NCBI GenBank assembly: GCA_016180435.1
Contig: JACPBG010000002.1
Location: 144,682-208,681, forward strand
Origin: Candidatus Sungiibacteriota bacterium
Lineage (GTDB): Bacteria > Patescibacteriota > Minisyncoccia > Sungbacterales > HO2-52-23
Length of the DNA stretch: 64,000 nucleotides
Reading direction: 5' to 3'
The notes beneath the pieces were generated by a model, which had not been told where the DNA came from, did no database searches, and was given only the letters and a program-made list of their open reading frames with translations. The position numbers and the translations under genes are program-made. Within the stretch, counting starts at the first letter, position 1, and the number at the start of each line of letters is the position of its first letter. Of this stretch, positions 1 through 8,866 are shown in pieces.

Positions 1-1221
1 GAAAAATTATTGGGTTCGGGTTGTACGGCAATCAGCACTCCAGCCGGTCAAACCCAGCGGGGTTGCCGTCTCAATGCCGAGAAAGCAGTGTGTCATGCAT
101 TGGTGGGACTTGGATGTGTTGTTTCGCCGCCTTCACCTCCCGGCGTTTGGACCTCGGTAGGTACTATGACAACCAAGCGTCTTGAACACAGTATGACAGT
201 GCTTCCCAACGGCAAAGTACTTATTGCTGGAGGACAAACCGAAAATGGATTTGCTTCCGGCGCAACTACCTCGGCAGAGCTCTTTGACCCCGCAACCAAT
301 ACTTTTACGCGTACCGGAACCATGTTTCTTCCTCGCCGAGCACATACCGCAACTCTCCTGCCAAATGGGAAAGTTCTCATGGCAGGCGGCTGGGACGGCA
401 TAGATCCTGCGTCGTACATAGCCACGGAGCTTTATGATCCTGCATCCGGAACTTTTTCATTTATCGGGAATATGACCCATACCCGCCATTGGCATACCGC
501 GACTCTGCTCCAAGACGGTACAGTGCTTCTTATCGGAGGGGAAGGAAATATCAATGAAACCCTGGCATCCGCGGAACTGTTTAACTCAAATACGAATACA
601 TTTTCAAGTGTCGGATCTATGAGTACGGTACGGCGGTTTCATGCTGCCATGCTCCTTCGAGACGGGCGCGTGCTTGTTTCGGGAGGTAATGGCGCGGGCG
701 GTGTCGGATTCCCGAATCTTTTGAACGCGGAGATTTATAACCCGCTCACACAAACATTCGAAGCACCGATTCAGCTTGTTGCCGCACGGCTCCGCCATAC
801 CGCCACCTTGCTTCCGGATGCTTCCGTATTTCTGGCGGGCGGGTTGGCATTTTCGTTCACCCCCACTGCGGAACGTTTTAAGCCAGTTATATCGCAATTT
901 GAAGCTGTCTCGGGAGAGATGCTGACCAATCGAAATTCGCATACTGCGTTATCCCTTTCTGACGGACGCGTATTTATTATCGGTGGGAAAACTCCTCCAG
1001 GTATACCCATACCGGATGTAGAGCTATATGATTCTGGTCAAGATGCATTTCAGTTAACCGGAAATATGCATATTTCCCGTACTTCCTTTCCCGGCAATGC
1101 TTCTTTTGCGGTGATGCTTGCCGATGGACGAATATTTGCTGCCGGAGGAGCAGCAGACATTGATTTTACAAATGCATTTATTACGATCACGGATACTGCG
1201 GAGGTATTTATGCCGGATTAA
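1..1221 (+). CDS. C-terminal part (5'-truncated by window) of a Kelch/galactose-oxidase-repeat protein, probably an S8 peptidase-Kelch fusion
   Basis: Repeated R..HTATLL.NGKVL..GG...AELFDP Kelch motifs. The frame is open from position 1. The N-terminal GCRLNAEKAVCHALVGL matches the post-catalytic segment of the S8 peptidase at 52013-54289. Confidence 0.8.
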   Translation, partial: EKLLGSGCTAISTPAGQTQRGCRLNAEKAVCHALVGLGCVVSPPSPPGVWTSVGTMTTKRLEHSMTVLPNGKVLIAGGQTENGFASGATTSAELFDPATNTFTRTGTMFLPRRAHTATLLPNGKVLMAGGWDGIDPASYIATELYDPASGTFSFIGNMTHTRHWHTATLLQDGTVLLIGGEGNINETLASAELFNSNTNTFSSVGSMSTVRRFHAAMLLRDGRVLVSGGNGAGGVGFPNLLNAEIYNPLTQTFEAPIQLVAARLRHTATLLPDASVFLAGGLAFSFTPTAERFKPVISQFEAVSGEMLTNRNSHTALSLSDGRVFIIGGKTPPGIPIPDVELYDSGQDAFQLTGNMHISRTSFPGNASFAVMLADGRIFAAGGAADIDFTNAFITITDTAEVFMPD

Positions 1222-1290
1222 ATATTCTTGGTCTTCGTTAATCTTTCGGTTAGTTTTTCGAATAAATTAATAAAATTGGATATAGATATC

Positions 1291-3750
1291 ATGCAAATTT
1301 TATTTTCCCATCCTTCTTTTATCATGTTCGGTGTTGCACTCACTGTATTTGCGGCCTTATTTTTGTTGCGCTCCCTGCTTTTGAAAAAGGGACTTATCTC
1401 CCGTTCGTTAAACCTTGAACTCTTGCTGGTGCGTTTTCCGCCGCCGCCATCTATCGGTCCGTCCCAACAGGAGCCATCGCTCCAGCAAGTTCGCGAAAAG
1501 ATCGCTTTGATGGAGCAGTTATATGTTCAGCTTTCATATATAAAGGATTCGTGGTTTCACTCATTATTATACGGCGAGCCGTCAATTGCCATGGAACTTA
1601 CCATTCCGCATATCGGGGAGGAAATTACTTTTTACGTGGCTGTGCCGCGCCGATTTGGACAGGCCGTGGAGAAAGTGATCCATGGAACTTTTCCCGAAGC
1701 GCATGTGGAGCCGTCACGCGACTACAATATTTTTCATCCGGATGGGGCAACGGCTGCGTCCCGTATGATGTTGCGCCCGAATATTTTTTATCCCATTCGT
1801 ACTTACCAAAAATTGGAAGGGGATCCCCTGCGCGCGATTACCAATGTTTTTACCAAACTTGCGCGGGAGGGGGAGGGCGCGGCTTTGCAGGTGGTGGCGC
1901 GTCCGGCGCATTATAAATGGCGGCGGCGCCTGCGTGAGCGGGCGCATAAAATGCAGGAAGGAGAAAGATACGAGGAAGATAAATTAATGCGCGTTTTGAA
2001 AACAGTGATAGATACGGCCAGCGAGGCGGCCAAAACCGAGCAGGATAAGCCCAAAGAGCAAAAGCGCCTTACTCCGCTTGAAGAGGAAATGTTAAAATCT
2101 CTTGAATCCAAGGCCGGTAAAGCCCTTTTTGAAGCGAATATACGCCTGGTGGCATCTGCTCCGACCGAGCGCCGGGCGCGGGAAATTTTGGATGCCCTGG
2201 AAGCCGCTTTTGGACAATTTGAAGACCCGAATCTTGATGCGTTTCGTAGTGAGCGGCCATCCGGATCGGCATTTAAAAATTTAGTATTTAATTTCTCGTT
2301 CCGCAATTTTGACGATAAAAAATATTCGGTTTTAAGCGTAGAAGAATTAACTTCAATTTTTCATTTCCCGAACGTGGCGTTGGAAACGCCCAAAGTAAAA
2401 TCTTTGAAAGCGCGCGAGGCGCCTCCGCCGCCCAATCTCTCTCCGGACGGGCTGCTTTTGGGTTACAATCTTTTCCGCGGAACTTCATCGGATGTGCGTC
2501 TCCTGGAAGATGATCGCCGAAGGCATTTATACGTTATCGGACAGACCGGCACCGGAAAAACAGCGTTTTTAAAAAATCTGGTGGTGCAGGACATTGAAGA
2601 CGGCCACGGGGTATGTTTTATCGATCCGCATGGCGATACGGTCGAGGAACTGCTCGGCATGATCCCGCGCCATCGCCTGCAGGATGTGATTTATTTTAAT
2701 CCCGGAGACGTGGCGCGTCCTTTGGGATTGAATATGCTTGAATACGACTCCAACTATCCGGAACAAAAAACATTTATCGTCAATGAGCTTTTCGGAATTT
2801 TCCAGAAATTATACGGCGCGGTTCCCGAGGCGCTGGGTCCTATGTTTGAGCAATATTTCCGGAATGCCACCATGCTGGTCATGGACGACCCGGCGTCCGG
2901 AAATACTCTGCTTGAAATTTCCCGTGTTATGTCGGATAAAACATTTCGCGATCTTAAAATTTCGCGCGCCAAAAATATCATAGTTAAAAATTTTTGGACC
3001 CAGATCGCGGAAAAAGCCGGCGGAGAAGGGGAACTTCGCAATATGGTCCCTTATATCACCTCTAAATTTGACGTATTTTTGGCAAACGAGATTATGCGGC
3101 CGATCGTGGCGCAGGAAAAATCATCATTCAACTTTCGTGAAGTTATGGATAGCGGGAAAATTTTATTAGTTAATCTTTCCAAGGGGCGTTTGGGCGATAT
3201 TAATTCTGCCTTGATCGGGCTTATTATAGTAGGAAAAATAACCATGGCTGCGCTTTCGCGCACCGATGTGGCGGATCCGGAGCGGCGCCGGGATTTTTAT
3301 CTATATATAGACGAATTTCAAAACGTTACCACGGATTCGATTGCCACTATTTTTGCCGAGGCCCGCAAATATCGGCTGAATCTGATTGTGGCGCATCAGT
3401 ATATCAAGCAGTTGACCGATAACATTCGGAATGCGGTTTTCGGAAATGTGGGATCGCAGGTGGCGTTTCGCATTGGTTCGGATGACGGAGAATTCATGGA
3501 AAAACAATTTATTCCGGTTTTTAAAGCCGCGGACTTGCTGAATGTGGATAATTATAACTGTTATGTTAAACTTCTTTTAAGGGGACAAACCGCGCCCCCG
3601 TTCAGTTTAAAGACCTATCCTCCGAAAAAAGGCAATGCGGAGATAGCTGCGGTGGTCAAGGAAATTTCCCGCACTAAATTCGGCCGTCCCCGCGAAGAAA
3701 TTGAGAAAGAAATTATGGAGAAACATGAGAGTCAGCTAATCAACGAATAA
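1291..3750 (+). CDS. Membrane-anchored VirD4/TraD-like (DUF87/HerA-FtsK superfamily) ATPase
   Basis: N-terminal TM helix, RRHLYVIGQTGTGKT Walker A, FIDPHGD, LYIDEFQN Walker B, EARKYRL..AHQY motif. Confidence 0.85.
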   Translation: MQILFSHPSFIMFGVALTVFAALFLLRSLLLKKGLISRSLNLELLLVRFPPPPSIGPSQQEPSLQQVREKIALMEQLYVQLSYIKDSWFHSLLYGEPSIAMELTIPHIGEEITFYVAVPRRFGQAVEKVIHGTFPEAHVEPSRDYNIFHPDGATAASRMMLRPNIFYPIRTYQKLEGDPLRAITNVFTKLAREGEGAALQVVARPAHYKWRRRLRERAHKMQEGERYEEDKLMRVLKTVIDTASEAAKTEQDKPKEQKRLTPLEEEMLKSLESKAGKALFEANIRLVASAPTERRAREILDALEAAFGQFEDPNLDAFRSERPSGSAFKNLVFNFSFRNFDDKKYSVLSVEELTSIFHFPNVALETPKVKSLKAREAPPPPNLSPDGLLLGYNLFRGTSSDVRLLEDDRRRHLYVIGQTGTGKTAFLKNLVVQDIEDGHGVCFIDPHGDTVEELLGMIPRHRLQDVIYFNPGDVARPLGLNMLEYDSNYPEQKTFIVNELFGIFQKLYGAVPEALGPMFEQYFRNATMLVMDDPASGNTLLEISRVMSDKTFRDLKISRAKNIIVKNFWTQIAEKAGGEGELRNMVPYITSKFDVFLANEIMRPIVAQEKSSFNFREVMDSGKILLVNLSKGRLGDINSALIGLIIVGKITMAALSRTDVADPERRRDFYLYIDEFQNVTTDSIATIFAEARKYRLNLIVAHQYIKQLTDNIRNAVFGNVGSQVAFRIGSDDGEFMEKQFIPVFKAADLLNVDNYNCYVKLLLRGQTAPPFSLKTYPPKKGNAEIAAVVKEISRTKFGRPREEIEKEIMEKHESQLINE

Positions 3751-3836
3751 CGAATCCAATACGAATTTACGAATAAACGAATGGTTCGATACTGCTCACC
3801 ATAAATTCGTATATTCGTAAGCCATTCGTAATTCGT
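3743..3836. repeat. Composite palindrome: (A)CGAAT-repeat arms with a central GGTTCGATACTGCTCACC REP-like hairpin
   Basis: Multiple ACGAAT on the left and ATTCGT on the right. Same architecture at 26742-26834. Confidence 0.75.
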
Positions 3837-3849
3837 AGATAAAGTTATT

Positions 3850-4452
3850 ATGATTTCTAAACTTGATTATAGTATCGCCGCCCTGATAGGATTTTTAGCC
3901 GGAGTTTTTTTGATCCCCACGCTTATTAACGTGGGATTGCGCACTCAATGGATTTTAATGATCATTCCGCTTGTGATTCCGCCGGTGTTTGCTTTGGGTG
4001 TGTGGATTTCCGGCATACTTGCGCGCCGACTCGCTTTTATGGCGCAGTTCGGAAAATTTGTGGCCGTCGGGTTTTTGAATACTGCGATTGATTTTGGGAT
4101 TTTGAATTTATTGAGTATGGCCACTGGCATTACTTCCGGGTTTGTGATCGGCGGCGTGAATGCCCCGGGTTTTGCAGTTGCCGTCATAAATAGTTATTTC
4201 TGGAATCAGTTGTGGGTTTTCAAAGGCAAGAATGCTGGAGAGGGAATGTTCCATGATTTTCCAAAGTTTTTGACTGTTATGCTGATCGGACTTGCTATAA
4301 ATAGCGGCATAATTTTTGCGCTGACAACATATATCATGCCTCCCTTCGGATTGGGGGAAACTTTGTGGCTTAATGTTTCTAAGGCGTTTGCCACCATATT
4401 TGTCCTGGTTTGGAATTTTCTCGGCCTCAAGTTTTTGGTTTTCAGACCGTAA
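3850..4452 (+). CDS. GtrA family membrane protein
   Basis: QFGKFVAVGFLNTAIDFG, NSYFWNQLWVF and WNFLGLKFLVF GtrA-type motifs. Confidence 0.85.
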   Translation: MISKLDYSIAALIGFLAGVFLIPTLINVGLRTQWILMIIPLVIPPVFALGVWISGILARRLAFMAQFGKFVAVGFLNTAIDFGILNLLSMATGITSGFVIGGVNAPGFAVAVINSYFWNQLWVFKGKNAGEGMFHDFPKFLTVMLIGLAINSGIIFALTTYIMPPFGLGETLWLNVSKAFATIFVLVWNFLGLKFLVFRP

Positions 4453-4603
4453 GTGTTTTTCTCGGCGGTTTTTTTGGTTGTGGGAATAGGTCGACAGGAG
4501 TCGGCGACGTTCTAACGGGGTAAACCATAATTCAATCTCTCTTTGCGTTATTCCTGTTGCCGTGTTAGGGTCGGGACAGAGTTCTTTTCATCGCGGTGTT
4601 TTT

Positions 4604-5308
4604 ATGGTCAGGTTGATATCGGTTTTGGTACTGTTCTCAACAAGTTTTATCTTCACAGATTCATACGCCCTTCAAGATCGCTCGTTGAAAGCCGGAGTTT
4701 ATTATATGTGGCGGGATGATCCTTTTGCCGTTAAAGCCGGAGAAGAGAATGTTTTGCGCGCAAAATTACGCCAAGAAGTTTCCAGCGCCTTTTCGCGTTT
4801 GGGATCCGGCATTGACATATCTTTTGTAAAAGTTCTGCCCGAAATTCAATTTGATTATCTGGTTTTAGGAAAGGGGGAGATCCGTGGAATATCTCCACGT
4901 TCATTTTTCCTGGCCGCGCGTTCGAATGAAGATGTTTTGCTTGATTTAGAAAGCGTGGATTTCTTATTTGTTTTTACCTGGGATTTTATCATACAGCGCT
5001 GGATGGATTCGGGTTTGGTCGAAATTGATTCACAAGAGAGTATTATAGGCGCGGTGTATGTTTCCTTGGGCGGTATCACGGAACATGGCGGCAAAATTTC
5101 TCTGATCCGTTTTGATGAAGACGCCATGCTTTTGCAAAACCGCATTATGCACGAATCGGGACACCTTTTGGGGCTTGCTGATAAAGATAAGGTGCTTTGC
5201 AAATTCAGTTTGACGATCATGTGTTGGCCGGTAAAGCCGCAAATGGAGATAGGGGATGAGATCAAGATCCGTTTGAATGAATATATAGCAGAAAAACCGC
5301 TTCCTTAG
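4604..5308 (+). CDS. Secreted zincin-like metalloprotease (putative)
   Basis: Signal peptide, HESGHLLGLAD zinc-binding motif, downstream TIM (possible Met-turn). Confidence 0.6.
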   Translation: MVRLISVLVLFSTSFIFTDSYALQDRSLKAGVYYMWRDDPFAVKAGEENVLRAKLRQEVSSAFSRLGSGIDISFVKVLPEIQFDYLVLGKGEIRGISPRSFFLAARSNEDVLLDLESVDFLFVFTWDFIIQRWMDSGLVEIDSQESIIGAVYVSLGGITEHGGKISLIRFDEDAMLLQNRIMHESGHLLGLADKDKVLCKFSLTIMCWPVKPQMEIGDEIKIRLNEYIAEKPLP

Positions 5309-5325
5309 GAATGGGTTTGTAATTT

Positions 5326-5349
5326 AAAAGACCCTCTCGGGTCTTTTTT
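5326..5349 (+). terminator. Rho-independent terminator
   Basis: AAAAGACCC-tctc-GGGTCTTTT hairpin followed by a T-run just after the 5308 stop. Confidence 0.7.
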
Positions 5350-5378
5350 ATTTTTTTATTTGTGGTAATATCATTGGG

Positions 5379-6587
5379 ATGAGCGAATTGGTTTTATATA
5401 GAAAATATCGTCCGCGCGAATTTGACGAGGTCGTGGGGCAGGATCATGTGGTGGATTCTTTGCAAAATGCGTTTCGCACTAACCGCGTGGCGCATGCTTA
5501 TTTATTTTCCGGTCCGCGCGGAGTGGGCAAAACCACGGTGGCTCGGTTGATTGCCAAGGCCTTAAATTGTGCCAATTTGTCCAAAATTTCTGGAGGAAAT
5601 TTTGTCGACAAATTGAGCATCTCGCCGAAGCCGCATGGCGGCGAAGGCGGATTACCTATGCCCTGCAACGCGTGCGATTCTTGCCGTGATTTTAATGAAG
5701 GCCGGGCGCTGGATGTGATTGAAATCGATGCGGCATCCAGCCGCGGGATTGATGATATTCGGGAGCTCCGCGAAGGAGTGCGTTTTGTTCCAACCCGCAG
5801 TAAATTCAAAACCTATATTATTGACGAAACCCACATGCTGACCAAAGAGGCGTTCAATGCGCTTTTAAAAACCCTGGAGGAACCGCCTGGCCACGCCGTA
5901 TTTGTGCTCGCCACCACCGAACTTGATAAAGTTCCGGCAACTATTGTTTCGCGCACCCAGCACTATGATTTCCGCAGGCCGTCGGTTGCGCAAATTGCCG
6001 AGCGCCTTGCGGGCATTGCTAAAAAAGAAGGAGTGGCGCTTGATCAGGATGCTGCGCGTTTAATTGCGCTTGCGGCCGAGGGTTCCATGCGCGATGGGGA
6101 ATCCATTTTGGGTCAAATCATGGCCGCGGAAGATAAAAAAATAACCCGGGTTGAGGTTGAGCGAATTTTAGGGCTTCCCAAGCGTGAGGCGGCCAAGCGT
6201 ATGTTTGAATTGATTGCCGAAAAAGACGCATCATCAGCCCTTTCGCTTATTCAGGAACTGCATGATGCCGGGCACGATTTGCAGTATTTTTCCAAATTGC
6301 TATTGCAGTATTTCCGCAACGCGCTTTATTTAAAAACCGATCCTGAGCTTTTACGTTTCGTGGAAAATGAATTGTTGCCGGATGAGATTGAGGCGATCAA
6401 AGTGCATCTTACAAGTTATGCCGTTGCTGATCTTGCCAGAGGCGCGGATGTGATTTTTTCTAACCTCCAATCCTTCAAAAAATCACCAATCCCGCAACTT
6501 CCGCTTGAACTTACGGTGCTGGAACTTATGGGTGGAAGAGGGGAGAAGATAGAATCCGTTACGCTGTATCAGACCAAGCCGAAATAA
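5379..6587 (+). CDS. dnaX: DNA polymerase III subunit gamma/tau
   Basis: LYRKYRP, HAYLFSGPRGVGKTT, Zn-finger cysteines, EIDAAS, IIDETHMLT, LLKTLEEPP. Confidence 0.97.
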   Translation: MSELVLYRKYRPREFDEVVGQDHVVDSLQNAFRTNRVAHAYLFSGPRGVGKTTVARLIAKALNCANLSKISGGNFVDKLSISPKPHGGEGGLPMPCNACDSCRDFNEGRALDVIEIDAASSRGIDDIRELREGVRFVPTRSKFKTYIIDETHMLTKEAFNALLKTLEEPPGHAVFVLATTELDKVPATIVSRTQHYDFRRPSVAQIAERLAGIAKKEGVALDQDAARLIALAAEGSMRDGESILGQIMAAEDKKITRVEVERILGLPKREAAKRMFELIAEKDASSALSLIQELHDAGHDLQYFSKLLLQYFRNALYLKTDPELLRFVENELLPDEIEAIKVHLTSYAVADLARGADVIFSNLQSFKKSPIPQLPLELTVLELMGGRGEKIESVTLYQTKPK

Positions 6588-6823
6588 TTTATAACACAAA
6601 AATGTCATACTTACAAACTTGAGAATGTTGGTATGTTAAGGGTGTGCTGAATAGTGTTCGAGCTTGTCGAGAACATACCTTATGCGCAAACGCTATAAAA
6701 AGAAACGGCATAGTTGCGCGCTTTGTAAACCCCATAAAATGGGAGGAGATCACCGTTGGAAGGGGAAAGAGCTTGCTGGCTTGAAAGTATTTGAAAAAGA
6801 AAAGAATAGTTTTTTATAAATAT

Positions 6824-6897
6824 TGCCGGGTCGTCTAACGGTAGGACAGCGGCCTTTGAAGCCGTGAATGAGGGTCCGATTCCTTCCCCGGCAGCCA
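6824..6897 (+). tRNA. tRNA-Gln (anticodon TTG), CCA encoded
   Basis: Acceptor stem TGCCGGG/CCCGGCA plus GCCA, D arm GTCTAACGGTAGGAC, anticodon loop CTTTGAA, T-loop variant GGTCCGATTCC. Confidence 0.92.
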
Positions 6898-7181
6898 TCC
6901 TGTGACCCCTACCGAGACGGGTCATGCGCCACAAGCGCTGGCCCGTCAAGGTAGCAGGGAAACGCGGATTCTGGCAAGATGTAACCCATCTTGTACTCGC
7001 AGTTTTGGAGAGAAATTCAAAGTATTTCCACGAGTCGCAAAACTCGTCACCACCACGTCATACCGGCTGAGCGCTCGCCTCGCTGAAGCTTGGCGCAGCG
7101 GGCCGTATTCAAGAACGAAAAGTCCGTCCTTCGACAAGCTCAGGGCGGCTTTTCGTTTAAAAAATGGCCTTATACAATAAG

Positions 7182-7262
7182 TTGCCCTTGATTTTGAAAA
7201 GTGCTATTATGGCATTATTAAACGTTTCACTTTTTCTACAATATGGTAGAAAAAGTGAAACG
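7182..7262 (+). promoter_or_regulatory. Sigma70-type promoter and 17-bp inverted-repeat operator of the AbiE locus
   Basis: TTGCCC-N17-TATTAT with an extended -10 TG. Perfect IR CGTTTCACTTTTTCTAC-N6-GTAGAAAAAGTGAAACG (7223-7262). AbiEi antitoxins are known to bind such IRs. Confidence 0.6.
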
Positions 7263-7273
7263 GGTAATTTTTA

Positions 7274-7384
7274 CCCAGCTAGAGGTTCGGAATTGGACGT
7301 TGATTTAAAATAAGATATAAAGCGAAAACGGCTTACGCCCTGCATTATAAGTTAAAGAAAGACGACTTTAAACCTCTGACTGGG
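7274..7384. mobile_element. MITE-like element with imperfect terminal inverted repeats
   Basis: CCCAGCTAGAGGTT ... AACCTCTGACTGGG (12/14 match); resembles the CCCGTTAGA family. Confidence 0.5.
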
Positions 7385-7393
7385 CTTACTAAT

Positions 7394-8020
7394 ATGGCCA
7401 AGAAATTACAAAGAATAGAAGTTGAAGAAAAGCTTAAAAACCTCGGGCTTACAGTGTTTACGCCCCGGGAATTTCAAGGCATCTTTGGTGTGTCAAAAAA
7501 ATCCGTTTCCATGTTTATTTTAAACAATGTAAAAAGCGGTTTATTTGTGAAATTGCGCAATAATTTTTACGCAATCAAAGACAGTAATCCCGATTATTTT
7601 TTTATTGCCAATAAATTATATCAGCCCTCGTATGTATCTCTGGAAACCGCCTTATCGCATTATAAAATTATTCCCGAGGTGGTTTACGGCACTTCTTCTA
7701 TTACCACCAAAGCGCCTCGGGAATTCAAAACTCCGCTAGGCAATTTCACCTACCGGCACATTAAAACCGAAGCATTCACGGGTTATCGGCTGCAAGAAAT
7801 TGACCGATATAATGCGCTGTTTGCAGAACCGGAGAAGGCCCTGGCGGATTATTTATATTTTGTCGACCTTAAAAAGACATCGCTCAATGACCGGTTAAAA
7901 TTAAAGAGTATAAATAAGCCCAAATTGATTGAATATGCCAAGTTGTTTAAACGTAAAAGCATATTCAAACTTATCAATCAAATTTATGCTGACTCGCGCC
8001 AACCTCGAACAATTTACTAA
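7394..8020 (+). CDS. Type IV TA antitoxin, AbiEi family
   Basis: N-terminal wHTH; PSYVSLETALSHYKIIPE and AEPEKALADYLY motifs. Confidence 0.85.
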   Translation: MAKKLQRIEVEEKLKNLGLTVFTPREFQGIFGVSKKSVSMFILNNVKSGLFVKLRNNFYAIKDSNPDYFFIANKLYQPSYVSLETALSHYKIIPEVVYGTSSITTKAPREFKTPLGNFTYRHIKTEAFTGYRLQEIDRYNALFAEPEKALADYLYFVDLKKTSLNDRLKLKSINKPKLIEYAKLFKRKSIFKLINQIYADSRQPRTIY

Positions 8021-8720
8021 GCAATCCCAAACCAAGCTGGAAAATGTTGTCAGGGAATACTGCCAGCATTTGTTTTTGTCGTATTTGTATCAACAGCCGG
8101 GTTCTGAACGGCTGCTTTTTAAAGGCGGCACGGCCCTGCGTATCATTTTTCATAGTCCACGTTATTCCGAAGACCTCGATTTTACCGCAATTAAAATTAC
8201 CCGACATGAAGTTGAGGAACTTTTCGTTAATACTTTGGCGAACATAGAAAAAACCGGTATCCATGTCGGGTTTACAGAAGCCAAGCGGACAGCAGGCGGG
8301 TATTTGGGAATAATTGAGTTTAATATTTATGGCAAAATAGTTGAAGTTTATTTTGAAGTTTCTTTGCGAAATGGCAGGAGTATTGCCGGGGTTAGGCAGT
8401 TTATTGAGAACGATTATATTCAACCCTATACCTTAGTATCTTTATCCAAAGAAATTCTTGTGCAAGGAAAGCTGGCAGCACTTACGGCCCGGCACAAGCC
8501 CAGGGATTTTTACGATTATTTTTTTCTCCTGTCGGGCAATTATCCTGTTGTAAAAGAAAAAGGAAATCTTATCAGGGCTCTTAAGCTGTTGCGGGAGTCA
8601 AAAATTAATTTTCGCGTTGAACTGCGGGAATTTTTGCCGGCAAGCCACTTAATGCATTTGCGGAACTTCAAAAAAATTTTGGAACAAAAAATTCTGGATT
8701 TTATGGGCAAAAAATCATGA
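7986..8720 (+). CDS. Type IV TA toxin, nucleotidyltransferase AbiEii/AbiGii family
   Basis: LLFKGGTAL, RYSEDLDF, K..A...R.KPRDFYD motifs. Confidence 0.9.
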   Translation: MLTRANLEQFTKQSQTKLENVVREYCQHLFLSYLYQQPGSERLLFKGGTALRIIFHSPRYSEDLDFTAIKITRHEVEELFVNTLANIEKTGIHVGFTEAKRTAGGYLGIIEFNIYGKIVEVYFEVSLRNGRSIAGVRQFIENDYIQPYTLVSLSKEILVQGKLAALTARHKPRDFYDYFFLLSGNYPVVKEKGNLIRALKLLRESKINFRVELREFLPASHLMHLRNFKKILEQKILDFMGKKS

Positions 8721-8866
8721 AAACTTCCAATTTGCTTAATTGTCATCCGAACACTTTGCGGCAGTGGGATAGGAAAGGTATTTTAGTTGCCGTGCGTTTC
8801 GGCGAGCGAAAAGACCGGCGTTATCGGAAGGAAGACATCCTCAAACTAATTTCCAAGCAAAAATGA
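8717..8866 (+). CDS. Small MerR/excisionase-like HTH protein (49 aa, possibly N-terminally truncated; not in ORF track)
   Basis: Manual translation MKTSNLLNCHPNTLRQWDRKGILVAVRFGERKDRRYRKEDILKLISKQK. ATGA overlaps with both neighbours. Confidence 0.65.
   Translation: MKTSNLLNCHPNTLRQWDRKGILVAVRFGERKDRRYRKEDILKLISKQK

Noticed and set aside
1291-3750. VirD4-like ATPase as evidence of a conjugative element
   Set aside because: No relaxase, VirB4 or mating-pair genes nearby; such ATPases are common chromosomal genes in CPR.
3743-3836. Short repeats as a CRISPR array
   Set aside because: Units are 5-6 bp, inverted about a centre, with no unique 25-40-bp spacers and no cas genes. No CRISPR array was seen anywhere in the window.
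6900-7056. tmRNA, SRP RNA or RNase P next to dnaX and the tRNA
   Set aside because: It ends in CACCA but has no T-arm or acceptor stem, no SRP helix-8 motif and no GAGGAAAGTCC. Kept only as an unassigned candidate.
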